A DNA stretch of 64,000 nt from Asterias amurensis (lineage: Eukaryota): NCBI RefSeq assembly GCF_032118995.1, contig NC_092653.1, forward strand, positions 7,123,031 to 7,187,030, given 5' to 3'. The translations under genes were made by a program, and so were the position numbers. The notes under the pieces are model-generated. The model saw only the letters and a list, made by a program, of their open reading frames with translations. It ran no database searches and had not been told where the DNA came from. The number at the start of each line of letters is the position of its first letter. The first letter of the stretch is position 1. Below, piece by piece: positions 35,025 through 48,127 of the stretch.

Positions 35025-36212
35025 CTAAACACAACAAAGAAATCAGTAAAAAAAAAAATAGCAAGATATTAATTAGAATCAAGAGGATATCACAGGGATG
35101 AGATTCTGAAAAAGTTTGTCACAGGAGGTGAACATAGATAAACAAAGGTTTCCCTTACTTCTTTTTTCTCACTCGTTGAACAAGCAAACCAAAATTTTGG
35201 GAAATACGAAATGAAGTTTGAAAAATTGTCAAAAGACAAACGTACTAAAGTCAATTTGCCAAAGTCAGAGAATTTTAAGAAGCCTGAACTGAAAAAGGGG
35301 AAATTATTCTCAGAAAGCCAAGGGGGAAAAATCTCAGCCCTGATAACAGCTATGACTATGATAAGGACAGTTTTGTTGATTTAACGTTTTTTTTTATAAA
35401 TACAACTTTCTTGCAAGAATGCAAAGGATTTAGGAAGGAGTTTCAGCTTTAAAAGACTAAGTAAACACACAAAAATGTCTACCCCGACAGGAACCATGGG
35501 ACAGGGGGCTTCCATCCCATGGGTTTTATGAGGTACTTTTGATCTATCCCTTACTGTAATAAACCAAGATGACAGTGAGGAAGCTATCATCATGGGCGTT
35601 GAAGGGAAAAATATGTCAACAAAGAAGTACTAAAACTGTTACAAGCCACGAAACTGTAGGTTGTTCTTTGTTAATGTTGTCGGTCCAACACAAGATGACT
35701 AAGCACAACATATCAGAATGAGGTTACCAGCTATAATACCATGTCACATGTTCAGTATCCGACTAGTATCCTGCTACATAGCAGAATATTGATAAGGATC
35801 ATTCACTGCTTAAGCATCTCTATGAAACTGGGCCCTGGATGTACGTTTACGTTGATAACTCGCCAGGACCCTAAAGGCCTTGTCACACGAGGCAACTTTT
35901 GCAGGCAACTTGGTGGCAACCAACTGCAGTGCATACTACAGGACCACTTTGGTAGATTACGGGTCAATTTGCAAACATTGTCTTACGATCCACAAGAGAA
36001 ATAGGTGTACATTCAAAGGTGAATGCCTTTTCTTCATGGAGATTGCCTGGAACTGGTTGCCCGTAAATTGCCTCGTGTGACATGGCCCTTAGGTGAGAAC
36101 CTTAAGTCAAGGGTGCTTGATTGTTGATTGAGTGCAGATCGGACACCAAAGTGCTACCAATAAAAAAACTGTGAAAACTGAAAGTGTAAGGATGACTTCA
36201 TTCTCCTCTTAC

Positions 36213-36390
36213 CTAGTCCACAGGCCATGTGGGCCAGTAACGCGATGGTCTGTATTGTCTTCCCCAGTCCCATCTCGTCGGCAAGGATCCCGTTTAATCT
36301 CTTATCGTGCATGGTCACCAGCCAGTCAAGACCGATGTGTTGGTACTCGCGCAGCTTGTGACGGAGAAGGAATGGCACAGGCGTCTTCAC
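36213..36390 (-). CDS. SRCAP: Domino-type ATPase exon, SNF2 N-lobe motif I (Walker A GLGKT)
   Basis: Acceptor tgattatctcag|GTGAAG, donor GGACTAG|gtaaga. Peptide [59 protein letters not shown] is nearly identical to human SRCAP ...[49 protein letters not shown]. Confidence 0.95.
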
Positions 36391-36522
36391 CTGAGATAAT
36401 CAAAACATTAAAACCACTCATGAGATAAGAAGATCTGTGCTCATTAACGGTAGCTTTTAGAGACCAAGGACAAAATAGAATTGGGTAAACAAAAGGACTC
36501 TATTGGGGAATTCTAATGACTG

Positions 36523-36920
36523 GGGGGTGCTAAGCTTGGGCGATATCACGATATTATCGAATATCGCGATATAAATTTGGAAACGATTTCGATATCGGAT
36601 GGATTTGGTTTTAATCGAAATATCGATATATCGCGATATATCGCGATATATCGCGATATATCGCGATATCGATTAAATATCGCGATGTATTTGCTAGCTT
36701 AGACATCTTGCACCCCATGGGTTTGGAGTAAAACCAGAAGAATAGGTCATTAGAACACCTCTCTTATGCTATGACTGTCTCTTCTACAACTTTCACTTGG
36801 AGTTTGAAGACTGATGATGTCAAATTTAATTAATCGCGATTATATCGAATATCGCGATATATTGTCGGCGATATATCGTGAATAAAATAAATCGATATCG
36901 CCCAAGCTTAGGGGGTGCTC
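36523..36920. mobile_element. MITE with an internal (ATATCGCG)n palindromic microsatellite
   Basis: TIRs ggtgctaagcttgggcgatatc ... gatatcgcccaagcttagggggtgct. The tandem run cgatatatcgcgatatatcgcg... lies at 36630-36680. Confidence 0.7.
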
Positions 36921-37626
36921 TACATAGAAATTAGTGTACAAAGTCTATGGGAAACTGTTTAGTGAAGGGACAAAGGAAGGGTGTTTTAGAACCATGTACC
37001 ACTAAATATTTGTCTAACATTGTCTTCTTTTAATAAAGGAAATGATCTTTCCCGATGCATTTGTTGTAAAGTAATTTTAAAATATGTACCTAGCAAATAA
37101 ATGCTCATGTGTCACTGAAAGACAAAAGAACACTGGTGGCTAGACGATTGTTTTAATCTTCGAGGTGGATAGCACTATTCACCCACTGATTTGAATGAAT
37201 GGTGCGCGATCCTCGTTAATACATGAGAGTAATGTCACATACATTAAATCATTGTAAGTAACTTTAACAGACTTTACTGACTATTAAATCCAAATTGTCT
37301 GATTTTGTTTAGGGAATATACCAAAAACCAGAACAAGGTGAGAAGTATATCATGCCTGGCAAGCAAATTTCAAATTTCAAACAAAAATAAAAACAATAAA
37401 AACCTACAAATACCAACAAATCCCCCCAAAAACCAACCTGCCTCTAGCTACTGGGCAATCTCGGTGATCTAGTTGGTAAGACACTGCTCTAGAATTGCAA
37501 ATGTCAAGGGATCAAATCCCACCCGAGTAGTATGCCTGAGATTTTGTTCACTGAACTCGGGAAAGTATCAAGTATAGAGTGGGAACACAAATCTGTGTAA
37601 GGTTAAAACCCAAATTATAAACCTAC

Positions 37627-37856
37627 CTGTGTTGTAGACAGTGTATACCCAGTAGGCTGTAGGCTCTGTGCAGCCGCTGCTATATCAGTGATCTCCTTGT
37701 TGGGCCCAGGGTCCTGTGGCTTAGCCTGGGAGGCGGCAGCTGGGGTTACGGCCCCAGCTGACTTTTCGTTCTCCTTGTCCGGATTGATGAGGTATTCCAT
37801 CCCGATATCAGTCAGCTCAGATTCCTCGTCGTCTGTACCAAGATCCTCTTCCTCTT
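37627..37856 (-). CDS. SRCAP: Domino-type ATPase exon preceding the ATPase
   Basis: Acceptor ttttttcttcag|AAGAGG, donor ACACAG|gtaggt, phase 1->0. Peptide EEEEDLGTDDEESELTDIGMEYLINPDKENEKSAGAVTPAAASQAKPQDPGPNKEITDIAAAAQSLQPTGYTLSTTQ. Confidence 0.75.
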
Positions 37857-38289
37857 CTGAAGAAAAAAACCCAGTGTATTCAAAGTAACTATCACCAAGG
37901 TAGTAAGGAGGTACATTGAAATTATGACATTTCCACCTTTTGATAAACACTGGAGTTACAGATTCCACGGGGCTTTTAAGAACAGTATTCTCAGTGCTAA
38001 GGAAGTAGATCAAAGAGGTTGACTTAATTTTATTTGGAGAACAAAAAATTAAGACGAAAGTTTTGAATTTCTTATCCCTTTGACATTCTCAAGTTTTAAT
38101 ATTTGGTTTTTCAAATTGTACCTTCTCAGTGCAAGAGAAGTAGATCAAAGACATTGACTTATTTTCATTTAAAAAAAAAATACAGCCTTTTCTGTTTACC
38201 AGGCAAATCTTTGAAAGTTTGAATTCAGAGCAAAGTCTGGAATTTGTTACATTCTCAAATCTTCATATTATTTGGTTTTCCAATCTTAC

Positions 38290-38511
38290 CTTCCGTTTCT
38301 TCATCTTCTTGTTCCCCTTCATCTTCATCTTCCTCCTCCTCTTCCTCAGACAGCGGCATCTCAAAGTCGTCATCGTACGCCCCGCTGTACTTCTTGAGGA
38401 GTTCCTCCATGGTCATCTCTCCCTCAGCCTGTAGCTCAGCGACCTCAGCAGTGTGGTCTGTAGTACCCTCGGTATCCTCTTGCTCTTGCAACGTTTCCTC
38501 ATCATCCGGCA
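38290..38511 (-). CDS. SRCAP: Domino-type ATPase exon (acidic)
   Basis: Acceptor gctttttctcag|TGCCGG, donor ACGGAAG|gtaaga, phase 1->1. Peptide MPDDEETLQEQEDTEGTTDHTAEVAELQAEGEMTMEELLKKYSGAYDDDFEMPLSEEEEEEDEDEGEQEDEETE. Confidence 0.75.
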
Positions 38512-39218
38512 CTGAGAAAAAGCAAGCAAATATTTCAATCAGTTTTTACTGTTTACTGACGCTCTTGAAAAAAAAATTGTTTTAAAAATATTTCTAGCTT
38601 TATTTCACACTGTTTTTTTTTTTTCAAGAAGTTTTCATAATCTTCATATCAACAACTGTTTTTCACTGCCTACTGACACTCTTAAAAAGTCAGACTGTTA
38701 GAGTTTCCCTTATTTTTGTCACCCACTGGCCATGGCCGGACAAGTCAACTAGACATTTAGAGTAGCTAATTTTGAACCCTGACAGCAATTTCCTTTACCA
38801 GTGTAGACACAACAATACTGAACTTAGAAAAACAAGTAGGAATTTCTCAAATAACAGTCCTATTATTTCACATTTGAATGGACAATGCCAATTTTATCTT
38901 TTGCAGGGTACCTCCAATAAAAATGAATGGGAATATTTTGATGAGACATTGGACAGAATGTTGGAAATGTCTAACATCGGGAGGCACATAGACAGAGGCA
39001 CAACCCAAGAACGTGTCATTTCACTTTGTTTTTCGAAGTAACATACGGGCCGGAAAATGGGAGGTAAACATAAGCAGACCCCTGCCAAGCACTTCGGACC
39101 AAAAAAGGAAAATCCATCACAAACTCAAAGAAATATATTTCCCAAAACTACCTCTAGCAGGAATTTGAAACACTTCTTCCTTTGATTTATAATTTCTTTT
39201 CCAAGTTTGGGAACTCAC

Positions 39219-39306
39219 TTTCTTCATCCTCATCGTCTGTAGATGGCACAAATTCTTCATCTGCCGAGGACGACTTCTCTTTGCTTTCCTCTTCCACTTC
39301 TTTGGT
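39219..39306 (-). CDS. SRCAP: Domino-type ATPase exon (acidic)
   Basis: Acceptor tgtctgctag|ACCAAAG, donor GAAGAAA|gtgagt, phase 0->1. Peptide TKEVEEESKEKSSSADEEFVPSTDDEDEE. Confidence 0.65.
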
Positions 39307-39738
39307 CTAGCAGACAAAAAGCCAAATTGAATTTTGTTTTACTTCATTGTGAATCTCTTTAAAATCAGTTTTAATCAAATATTGTCCTTGAATAATTGTA
39401 CGTTTCTAAATAAGCAGGGGTTGATTTCACAAAGATAGTCCTAATTTAGGACTAGTCTTATCACTCTTAAGGAGTATTAACGCTAGTCCTAAGATAACTC
39501 ATCTTAACGTGAAATAAGACTTGTCTTGACTCTTTGTGAAATTAACCCTGATATCATAGTTTCCAAGTTGAGTTGAATGGTCAGACAGTCAATGTGAGAC
39601 TTTTTAAGATGATAGATGGCAGCTCTTTAAAATTGGGCCCAGGTTACTTACTACCAATTCCTGCTACATCACCATGAGGGACTCCCGCTTCTCGCCAGCC
39701 AGCCTTCTTATTTAGAGAAGATAGGAACAATAACTCAC

Positions 39739-40013
39739 CACTTCACTTAAGCCCGGCTCTTCCTCCTCCTGTTTCTTCACCTTCTCCTCCGTCTTCTCTC
39801 CATCTTTTGACTCCTCTTTCTTCTCCTCTTTACCATCTTCAAGGATCTCCGGAGGAAGGCTGCCAATGAGATCTTCAAGGGGGACTTCACTCTCCTTCTG
39901 GAGGAGTTCTAACTCCTTCTTGTGAGCATCTTGGTCATCCTCTGCCTCCCTCTCTTCGACGTCGATGGTTTCTTCATCGTCAGATTCATCACCCTCTGGC
40001 TGGAAGTCCACAT
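39739..40013 (-). CDS. SRCAP: Domino-type ATPase exon (acidic E/D/K stretch)
   Basis: Acceptor ttataatgcag|ATGTGG, donor GAAGTG|gtgagt, phase 1->0. Peptide DVDFQPEGDESDDEETIDVEEREAEDDQDAHKKELELLQKESEVPLEDLIGSLPPEILEDGKEEKKEE... Confidence 0.75.
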
Positions 40014-41131
40014 CTGCATTATAAGAATGTTTTTAGAGAGCCCAATTATTAGACCAAAAGCCCTCTCAACGAACTGTTTAAAGCAGCTTATACTGAGAAT
40101 CGGTCTTTGTCAGACTCCTATATTAATCTGCCCAAAGAGCATCCAAAAAATAGGAAAGAACTCCGCTCATTTCGTTGTCAAAATCCATACATAGCAATTT
40201 ATTAAAATCAAACTTTCAGGCCTTAAACTTTGCTCTTGAAGAGGCACAGAAATCTCCCTCTGATAAGGGGCACCTCTTTTTGGGAAAGTATACACTTGTA
40301 TTGAAACTTTGCACAGGCCACCAGAGTAAAACCCCAGGGCACCGCGGCAATTGCTGTGTTTTCCTTTCCAAGATGGCATACCGCCAATGCAAGAATCGTT
40401 TTCAATTGCCGTTTCTAACCTACACCTCCTTCCTCTAAAACAAATATCTCTGCCCTGGGAGTTAGTATGTAGGAAATGGGTAATTCAGCTTGCACATAGA
40501 GCGCAACCCGAGAATGAGTCATTTCACGTTGCTTTTCGAAGTAACATACGGGCCGGGAAGTGGGAGATAAACACTAGACGACCCCTGCCTAGCACTTCGG
40601 TTGTTTAGAATTGTGTTTTAATTTTGACATGATATTTTGTCCTTGGGGATAAAAAGGAGGAGTATTTAATCAATTGAGACTGACCTACATGAATAAAAGT
40701 GTTGTCTTATCATGCTATTTATACATTTTTCCCAAAGGGGGGAAAAAAACACAATAAATAAATATTCAGAAATCAGACTTCAGTTATAAAATTGTGGCGA
40801 GATTTTGTGGTGAGATTTTTTCTAAGAAACTAAACAAATTCTTTTAAATACCATCATGCATGCACCAACAAAAAAAATCAAAACATCGTTACCGCACACA
40901 GACAAAATTATGGACTATCGACCCAATCTGGTTTAACTAGGAGTCATTTTAGAAACAATCTCACAAACAGGATTTACACAATACAGTCAGAGTATTAAAG
41001 GCTCTTGAGCCAAAACCTTTAATCTGACTGTTGCTGTTAAACAGAATTGTGAAGTGCATTGAGAGCTCCTTTGAAATGCACTAAATAACGTTGTTTTATC
41101 TTTATTGTTATTCAATCTTAGATCAACATAC

Positions 41132-41333
41132 CGTCTCCTGGTGTTGCAACACTAGGATCTGATCTCGGACTCGAGGCCACAGAGCCTTGTGCAGACCCTG
41201 CTGCGTTCAGATTGAGTCCCTCCGTCAGCCAGGAAGAGTACTTCTCGGTCTGGCCGACGATGTAATCAAGCTGCATGTCCATTGCTTTCCTTCTCCTGTC
41301 GTCAAGCCGACTCTGCTGCTTGTATTGCACTAC
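41132..41333 (-). CDS. SRCAP: Domino-type ATPase exon (post-HSA)
   Basis: Acceptor gtcctcgcag|GTAGTG, donor GGAGACG|gtatgt, phase 0->1. Peptide VVQYKQQSRLDDRRRKAMDMQLDYIVGQTEKYSSWLTEGLNL... Confidence 0.8.
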
Positions 41334-42520
41334 CTGCGAGGACACGGAAGGAATTATCAAATCTTATTCGCACCTACCCTTCTTGGCACCATTTTCCCAG
41401 CCAGGGCCCGATTTCTTACAGCTGCCTAATAAGCAGCAAATACTGCTTAGAAATAGGTCGCATTTTTGAGGTTTCTTTTGATATATTGAAATTTGTGTCA
41501 AAATAACAAAAGTGTATCTAGAAAATAAATGCTCATGTGTCACTGAACGACAAAAGAACACTGGTGGCTAGACGATTGTTTTTAATCTTCGAGGTGGATA
41601 GCACTATTCACCCACTGATATGAATGAATGGTGCGCGAACCTCGTTTATAAAATAGTGGTACAATGCGTAGTATAAAACCAATGAATTTTTACCAATTCA
41701 AAGCAAGATTGAAAAACCATAATATACATCAACTGATATTAAACAAATAAAATACTTGCAAGTCAGAACTTAGTCTGTGTCAGTTATACAATGTAAAACA
41801 GATGGGAAAAAGTCAGTTGAATTATGCAATGAAACTCACTGACTATGTCAATGCATGTTTGTTAAGCAAAGAAAGGCTGCAGGACCTTGTCAAAACACAA
41901 GCTCTGGACTCGATTTTAACAAAGCACCAAGATTCGTCTTAAGACAAGTTGTAAAAATCGCCACAGGGATTAGAATTGTGACATCACACTTAGCGATTAA
42001 GATTGAAACCAGCTAAGATCCACCTCAGCTCTTTGTGAAAACGGCCCCATGTAACAGATTACTATTTTTGTATTTTTTTATTTGTTACTAAATATGCAAT
42101 ATAAATAACTGTCTACGCTAAACAATGAGCAAGTTCGAGTGCGCACATTTAGTCTACCAGTGGTCGACCACAAACTAGCAACGCACATGCGCAGTGACGT
42201 ACTCGCCCGAACGACTCTTTTGCTAGTCTAGTCAACCTTCCACCTTTTCGCTAAAGTGTCACTGGTTCCCCTCTGTGCTCAACACATGTTAGAATGGAAC
42301 ATGCTGTTGGGACCAGTGAAGAAACCATGGGCTCGAGGCTGGTTTCAAATGGTCGACCACAGTAGTCAACCAATGGTCGACCAGCCTGGGTTCGAGTAAA
42401 AATGGTCAACCTTTAGTTAACTATTGTGCACACTCGAACTTGCTCACTGCTTTATTCCAAACTTGTGTGAATGACCCTGTTTGGTACAGCTGTTTGGATC
42501 GACAGACAACCAAAACTAAC

Positions 42521-42661
42521 CTTTTCAATGTTTGACCAGAAGGTCTTGATCTCCTTTGCGATGTTCCCAGCGATCCTCCTCAGTTTCTGGGTCTCTTCTC
42601 TCTCTGCCTTCACTTCCTTGGTGTGCTTCTCCTGGTGAAATCTTGCTACGGCACGCACCAA
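42521..42661 (-). CDS. SRCAP: Domino-type ATPase exon, HSA domain part 2
   Basis: Acceptor ctctctgatgcag|TTGGTG, donor GAAAAG|gttagt. Peptide LVRAVARFHQEKHTKEVKAEREETQKLRRIAGNIAKEIKTFWSNIEK matches SRCAP/EP400 ...LRRIAS.IAKEVKQFWSNVEK. Confidence 0.9.
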
Positions 42662-42889
42662 CTGCATCAGAGAGAGTCAAAATATTCATGATTAAAACAT
42701 TCTCCATAAATTCAAATTGGAGATGACCAGACTAAAACCTGGTTCATACTCCCTGAAAATGCAGTTTTTGTTTCGCAGGAATCTAACACTGTCAACTGTT
42801 GTGAGTTATTTGTTGCAAATTTGTGACTTCAAAATTCGTATCGCATTCGCAGGAAGTATAAACCGGGCTTGATAAGTCCTACATTTCAC

Positions 42890-43115
42890 CTCTAAATGGA
42901 CAATGGCAACTCTTTATCTTTTGCAGTGAACTTCCATTTTAGGTCACTGGGGATATTTGATGAGACACCAAGACCAGAATGTTGGAAATGTCTAACATCG
43001 GAATGCACATAGACTGCACAACCCAAGAACGTGTCATTTCACATTATTTTTCGAAGTGGCATACGGGCCGGAAAATGGAAGGTAAACATAAGCAGACCCC
43101 TGCCAAGCACTTCGG
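42890..43115 (+). repeat. interspersed ~200-bp repeat (family F), copy 4 of 5
   Basis: ...ccattttaggtcactggggatattt.ga...agaatgttggaaatgtctaacatcgg.atgcacatagac.gcacaacccaagaacgtgtcatttcac.ttgttttt.cgaagtaacatacgggccggaaaatgg.aggtaaacataagcagacccctgccaagcacttcgg. Other copies at 18195-18361, 38885-39098, 40471-40600 and 44463-44655. Confidence 0.8.
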
Positions 43116-43463
43116 TCTGAAAGGCAAAAATATTGCAAACTATAGGTATATATTTCCAAAGGCCAGCAGGTTTTTGAAATGCTTCTTTTGGGGTTTTCAA
43201 GTTTTCCTTTCCAGATTTGCCGTAGCACCATGTGAAAGCCTCTTTTGAGTAGTGTTGGTACTAAAAAGAACCAGTGGTTGGCAGCTCAACGTTTCGATCA
43301 GTATGCTCTGATCGTCCTCAAGAGAAACATCGAGTTGTCAACCACCGGTTCTTTCCTGAACCAATGCTACTCAAAAGAGATATTTACATGGTGCTACTGC
43401 AAACCTAACCTAGTTATTCACCCACCGTGCAAAGTTTGTAATCTTACTTATGATTATTTTTAC

Positions 43464-43649
43464 CTTTCGGGCAGCAGCTTTCTTCCACCGCCTCTCCTGG
43501 ATGAAGTCAGTCGCCAGCCACTGTGCCTCCTCCAGGAGGTACTCCCAGTGGGTCTTATGCCTGGGAGGCTCCTGAACCTTAGGAAGACGTCTGGCCGACC
43601 AAAGGCCTTCCTTCCGCAGTTCAGCTATCCTCTGCATCACTTGGGCTTC
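43464..43649 (-). CDS. SRCAP: Domino-type ATPase exon, HSA domain part 1
   Basis: Acceptor tgtgatcatag|GAAGCC, donor CGAAAG|gtaaaa. Peptide EAQVMQRIAELRKEGLWSARRLPKVQEPPRHKTHWEYLLEEAQWLATDFIQERRWKKAAARK closely matches the HSA domains of EP400 ([36 protein letters not shown]) and SRCAP. Confidence 0.9.
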
Positions 43650-44084
43650 CTATGATCACAGATGGGAGAAACAGGAGTGATAATTGTCCTTGGGAAAAAA
43701 AGTAGAAGCATTATAGAGTACAAGGGCTGACCTACATGTACACATGGAGTAGGCTATAATAAATTGATCATGCTATTTAATCACATTTTTTGCAAATTTG
43801 TCCAGCCAGATAGCAAACTATTTTAAAATGTTCCAACTACACTGGTTGCGCGTGGTGGTACAACCTAGAAACGACTGTATCTAGCAAATAAAGCTCATGT
43901 GTCACTGAAAGACAAAAGAACACTGGTGGCTAGACAATTGTTTTAATCTTCGAGGAGGATAGCACTATTCACCCACTGATATGAATGAATGGTGCGCGAT
44001 CCTCGTTTATGAAAAAGCGGTACAAGGCGAAGCTAACATTTCACTACATAATCACCAAATAAAAGATCATTTTCAAAACCATAC

Positions 44085-44368
44085 CTGTTTGGCACGCTCA
44101 ACAATCATCTCCTGAGATCCGATGGTGTAATCATACACAGCAGATAGCGAGTGCTGCCTGGTGGCCAACCGCTGGTGTGCGTTCGGCGAGATGGGCGACT
44201 TCGGCAGCTTGATTGGCGGTGTCCCGGTGGCCGAGCCACTGGAGTGGCGCCGGGGCGACAAGCTGCCTCCGACTGGTGCTGTGCTGGTGACTTCAGTGCT
44301 TGCTGTTGTATTAACTGTGAGGGGTTTGTTGGTTGGCGCCTTCAGTTGGTGTAATGAGTGCTTCGCTG
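44085..44368 (-). CDS. SRCAP: Domino-type ATPase exon (S/T/P-rich linker)
   Basis: Acceptor tgcatcttttag|CAGCG, donor AAACAG|gtatgg, phase 1->0. Peptide ...SPRRHSSGSATGTPPIKLPKSPISP...YDYTIGSQEMIVERAKQ. Confidence 0.6.
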
Positions 44369-44803
44369 CTAAAAGATGCAAACAAATTATAAAGGGATTG
44401 TTTTTTTTAAGTTTTTTTTTACCATCATTAGCTTTCCAACTGCAGAACCCTTGAGCATAGAGGCTCCATTTTAGGTCACTGGGGATATTTTGACAACAAG
44501 GCCCAGACCAAGATCAGAATGTTGGAAATGTCTAACATCAGGATGCACATAGACTGCACAACCCAAGAACGTGTCATTTCACATTGTTTTACGAAGTAAC
44601 ATACGGGCCGGAAAATGGAAGGTAAACATAAGCAGACCCCTGCCAAGCACTTCGGTCCAAAAGGCAGAACTGGAAATTCAAGAAATACATTTTCCAATTC
44701 TTACTCAAGCAGGTTTTTGAAATACTTTTCAGACCATTTAAGGAGGGGCAACAAAATCAGAAAAATAAGACTCAAGTAGGAAGAATATCCTGCCTGGACT
44801 TAC

Positions 44804-44983
44804 TAGGAGGTGACTTTGGCTCCCGTCGTACATGAGGAACGCCGAGCGACGTCCGCATGGTAGACGAGGATGCAACCGCTGCAGCAATCTGACTGCGGTT
44901 TGACGTACCGTGGTGCTGGTGCTGGCCTGCTGCAAGCTGCTTGTGCTGTTTGTATAGTGGTGATGGTTGACTCCCTGGTAAGG
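44804..44983 (-). CDS. SRCAP: Domino-type ATPase exon (Q/H/S-rich)
   Basis: Acceptor gacatttgcag|CCTTACC, donor CCTCCTA|gtaagt, phase 1->1. Peptide ALPGSQPSPLYKQHKQLAAGQHQHHGTSNRSQ... Confidence 0.55.
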
Positions 44984-45235
44984 CTGCAAATGTCAAACAA
45001 TTATTAGTGATTAGATTTTAAAATGATTCAGGCCTGGAATTTGTGAGAAGACTAAGGCCATTTTCACTTTGCGAAGTACACTTCCATTGGAATTTTTTTT
45101 CAGTCTATGGGAGACTTCTGGTGGAGCACCAAGGCCAAAACCAGGGACAAGGGAGAGGCCATGGCCTGTGTGGCCTTTTAGTATTTCCAGGCCTGTGATT
45201 GGATATTGTGTAATTATTCAGAAAATTACGAACCA

Positions 45236-47940
45236 GGGCCCAACTTCACAGAGCTGTGCTTAAAGGGATACATTGCCTTGGATTGGTCGAGTTGGTCTTT
45301 GAAAAGCGTTTGTAACCGTTTTTTATAAAATGCATATGGGTAGAAAGATGTTGTAAAAGTAGAATACAATGATCCACACAAACATGCCTCGAAATTGCGT
45401 GGTTTTCCTTTTACCTCGACGACCAACACGTCGGCCATTTATGGGGGTCAAAATTTTGACTCCCATAAATGGCTGATCGTGTTAGTTCGCAGAGTAGAAG
45501 AAAAACCACGCAATTTCGAGGCAAACTTGTGTGGATCATTGTATTCTACTTGGGTCATTCCGTGTCAATTCAACACGCTTTTGGACCTGACCTTCACGGA
45601 TTTAAATAAAATTCGGTGTGCTGATTGGACTCCCTGAGAAATGCCTAAATCCCAAATTTTATGTAATTCGGATCATTATTTTGAGAGATACGGCTTAACG
45701 AACTTTTGACTAATTAGCATGACCTGCTATGTTTGGACAATCATATCTCCAAAAGTAAAATACCTACAAAGATAATATTTATATCATTTTGAAGCTCTTA
45801 ACATGGCCCACATTTGATAACATAAAATCAAAAAATTTCCACGCACCACCGAAAAAATACATAAAAATTTGACCTTTGACCTTGATTTGCAAAAATGCGC
45901 AATTCTTTTTTAAATGCAAGTTTAAGATGTAAGCAACATTATTCTGAAAAATTGTGATGGGCACTCGTACAGTTTTTTGTTATGATTTTTTGAACATTGG
46001 CTATCAAGGCCTAAACCATAAAAACGCATTGTATACACAATGTACAGTGTACAGAGTATTGTGTGGTAGTGTGTACAGAGTATTGTGTGGTAGTGTGTAC
46101 ACACACATTAAAAACCATGTCACCCTGGTAATAATATGGAGTACAAAAGTATATTTTATGACATGACTTAATGAGCTAATTCGTTTCATCCCCTTAATTT
46201 AATAGGAGACACTGTGTATCCAACATACTGTATACATGTTATACAATGTACAGTGTACAGAGTATTCACATTTAGTGCTTTAAAAGCTTTATTTAGTCCT
46301 TTAAAGTCAAGTCATGATCATAGACACTGTGACCCATTTAAATCACAAAGCAAGAAAAAAAAGCAGGCTTAAGGCAGGTATCATTTAGGTTTATACTGGA
46401 GCATCCAAGTCTTTATTTCCCTCAAGCACACAGCACCGGCTGTCGCAAGTAGATATCTGAACTGTTGCCTGAGAAAATACTCTCCACAACTGAAAGATTT
46501 AGCAGTGATCCAGAAGTTCAGGGACCATCAATGTCATCTGCACATCAGGATGTTTTTGTGCAGCCAAATACCGACATTAACATTATCAATGAGGCTATGA
46601 CAATTATTGGTGTATCTCCAATCATAAGTAAGAAGAAAGCTCATGGAAGTTACATGGAAAACAATTTAAAAGCAGAAACTGGAAACTGCTACAGGAAAAT
46701 ATTTCGGTGACGATGAAAGTGAGATGATAACTCAGTGGAAACGAAAGTTTCATTCCTTGACCAAGAAAAGTGAAAAAGTTCATGTCTTGAGTGTCTTAGC
46801 AGTGAGTTGGAGGGTAAAAAGAATAGCAGATGAATTGGGAGCATCAAACTACATGCCAAGAAAATCAAAGAAACTGGTGAATTAGCAGGGAATGCTTTCC
46901 ATTCCAAATCTCTTTCATTAAAAATGGTGCAACTTGTGAGAGACTTTTACTTGTTCGAGTCTGTCAGCAGACAAATGCCAGGGATGAAAGACTTTGTATC
47001 GGTTACTGTTGATGGTGAGAAGAAACATCTCCAGAATCATTTTGATCTTTGTATCTGAAAGAAGTGTTTGAACTTTTCAAGGAACATCCTCCTGAAAGTT
47101 TTGCTGAAAATTTGCTGAACTTGGGCTGAAGCAGTGCATCCTTGCCGGATCTAGTGAAATGCATTTAGTTTGTGGTTGCACTATACATCAAAATGTGAAA
47201 CTCAAAATGTGAATGATTATCTTTGATTTTCTAGTGTACATGTATCATGTACACATTACTACACATTACACTGTATACATGTACATGTATGTACATGTAT
47301 GTATAATGTACATGTACAATGCGTTTTTATGGTTTTGGCCTTGTTAAAAAAAATCATAACAAAAAAGCTGTACGAGTGCCCATCACAATTTTTCAGAATA
47401 TTGTTGCTTACATTTTAAACTTGCATAAAAAAAAATTACGCATTTTGAAAATTACGCATTTTCGCAGGTCAAGGTCAAAGGTCAAATTTTTGCATATTTT
47501 TTCGGTGGTGTGTTGAAATTTTTTGATTTTATGTTATCAAATGTGGGCCATGTCAAGAGCTTCAAAATGGTGTATATATTATCTCGGTAGGTGTTTTACT
47601 TTTGGAGATATGATTGTCCAAACGTAGCAGAACATGCTAATTAGTCAAAAGTTCGTTAAGCCGTATCTCCCAAAATAATGATCCGAATTTCATAAAATTT
47701 GGGATTTGGGCATTTCTCAGGGAGTCCAATCAGCACACCGAATTTTATTAAATTCAGGGAAGGTCAGGTCCAAAAGCATGTTGAATTGACACGGAATGAC
47801 CCCCAGTTTTTAAAACATCTTTCCAACCATATGCATTATATAAAAAACGGTTACAAACGCTTTTGTTTTGACCAACTCGTCCGATCCAAGGCAACGTGTT
47901 CCTTTAAAAGCACAAACAGTAGCTAAGCATGTTACCAGCC
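45236..47940. mobile_element. large 2.7-kb foldback element with ~500-700-bp inverted arms, in an intron
   Basis: Arm 45236-45770 is the reverse complement of arm 47580-47940 (e.g. ccaaattttatgtaattcggatcattattttgagagatacggcttaacgaac vs its complement at 47640-47700). Each arm carries an inner hairpin. The internal region has a 2x24-bp tandem (46050-46110) and only short ORFs. Confidence 0.75.
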
Positions 47941-48025
47941 AAAATACCAATAGTTTTGGGTGTTCATGATTGAAGGGGGGCATCGTTTCCTACTATTCTC
48001 AATACATATAAAAACCCATTCTCAC

Positions 48026-48127
48026 CTGGAATTGGAGTGATGGTCTTGTGACTAAGAGTGACGTTGGGCTCATGTGAAGATGGAAACCCGAGGGGTTTTC
48101 TCTCAGGTGTAATACTGCTATCTAGAC
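48026..48127 (-). CDS. SRCAP: Domino-type ATPase exon
   Basis: Acceptor ctcttttctgcag|GTCTAG, donor ATTCCAG|gtgaga, phase 1->1. Peptide LDSSITPERKPLGFPSSHEPNVTLSHKTITPIP. Confidence 0.6.
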
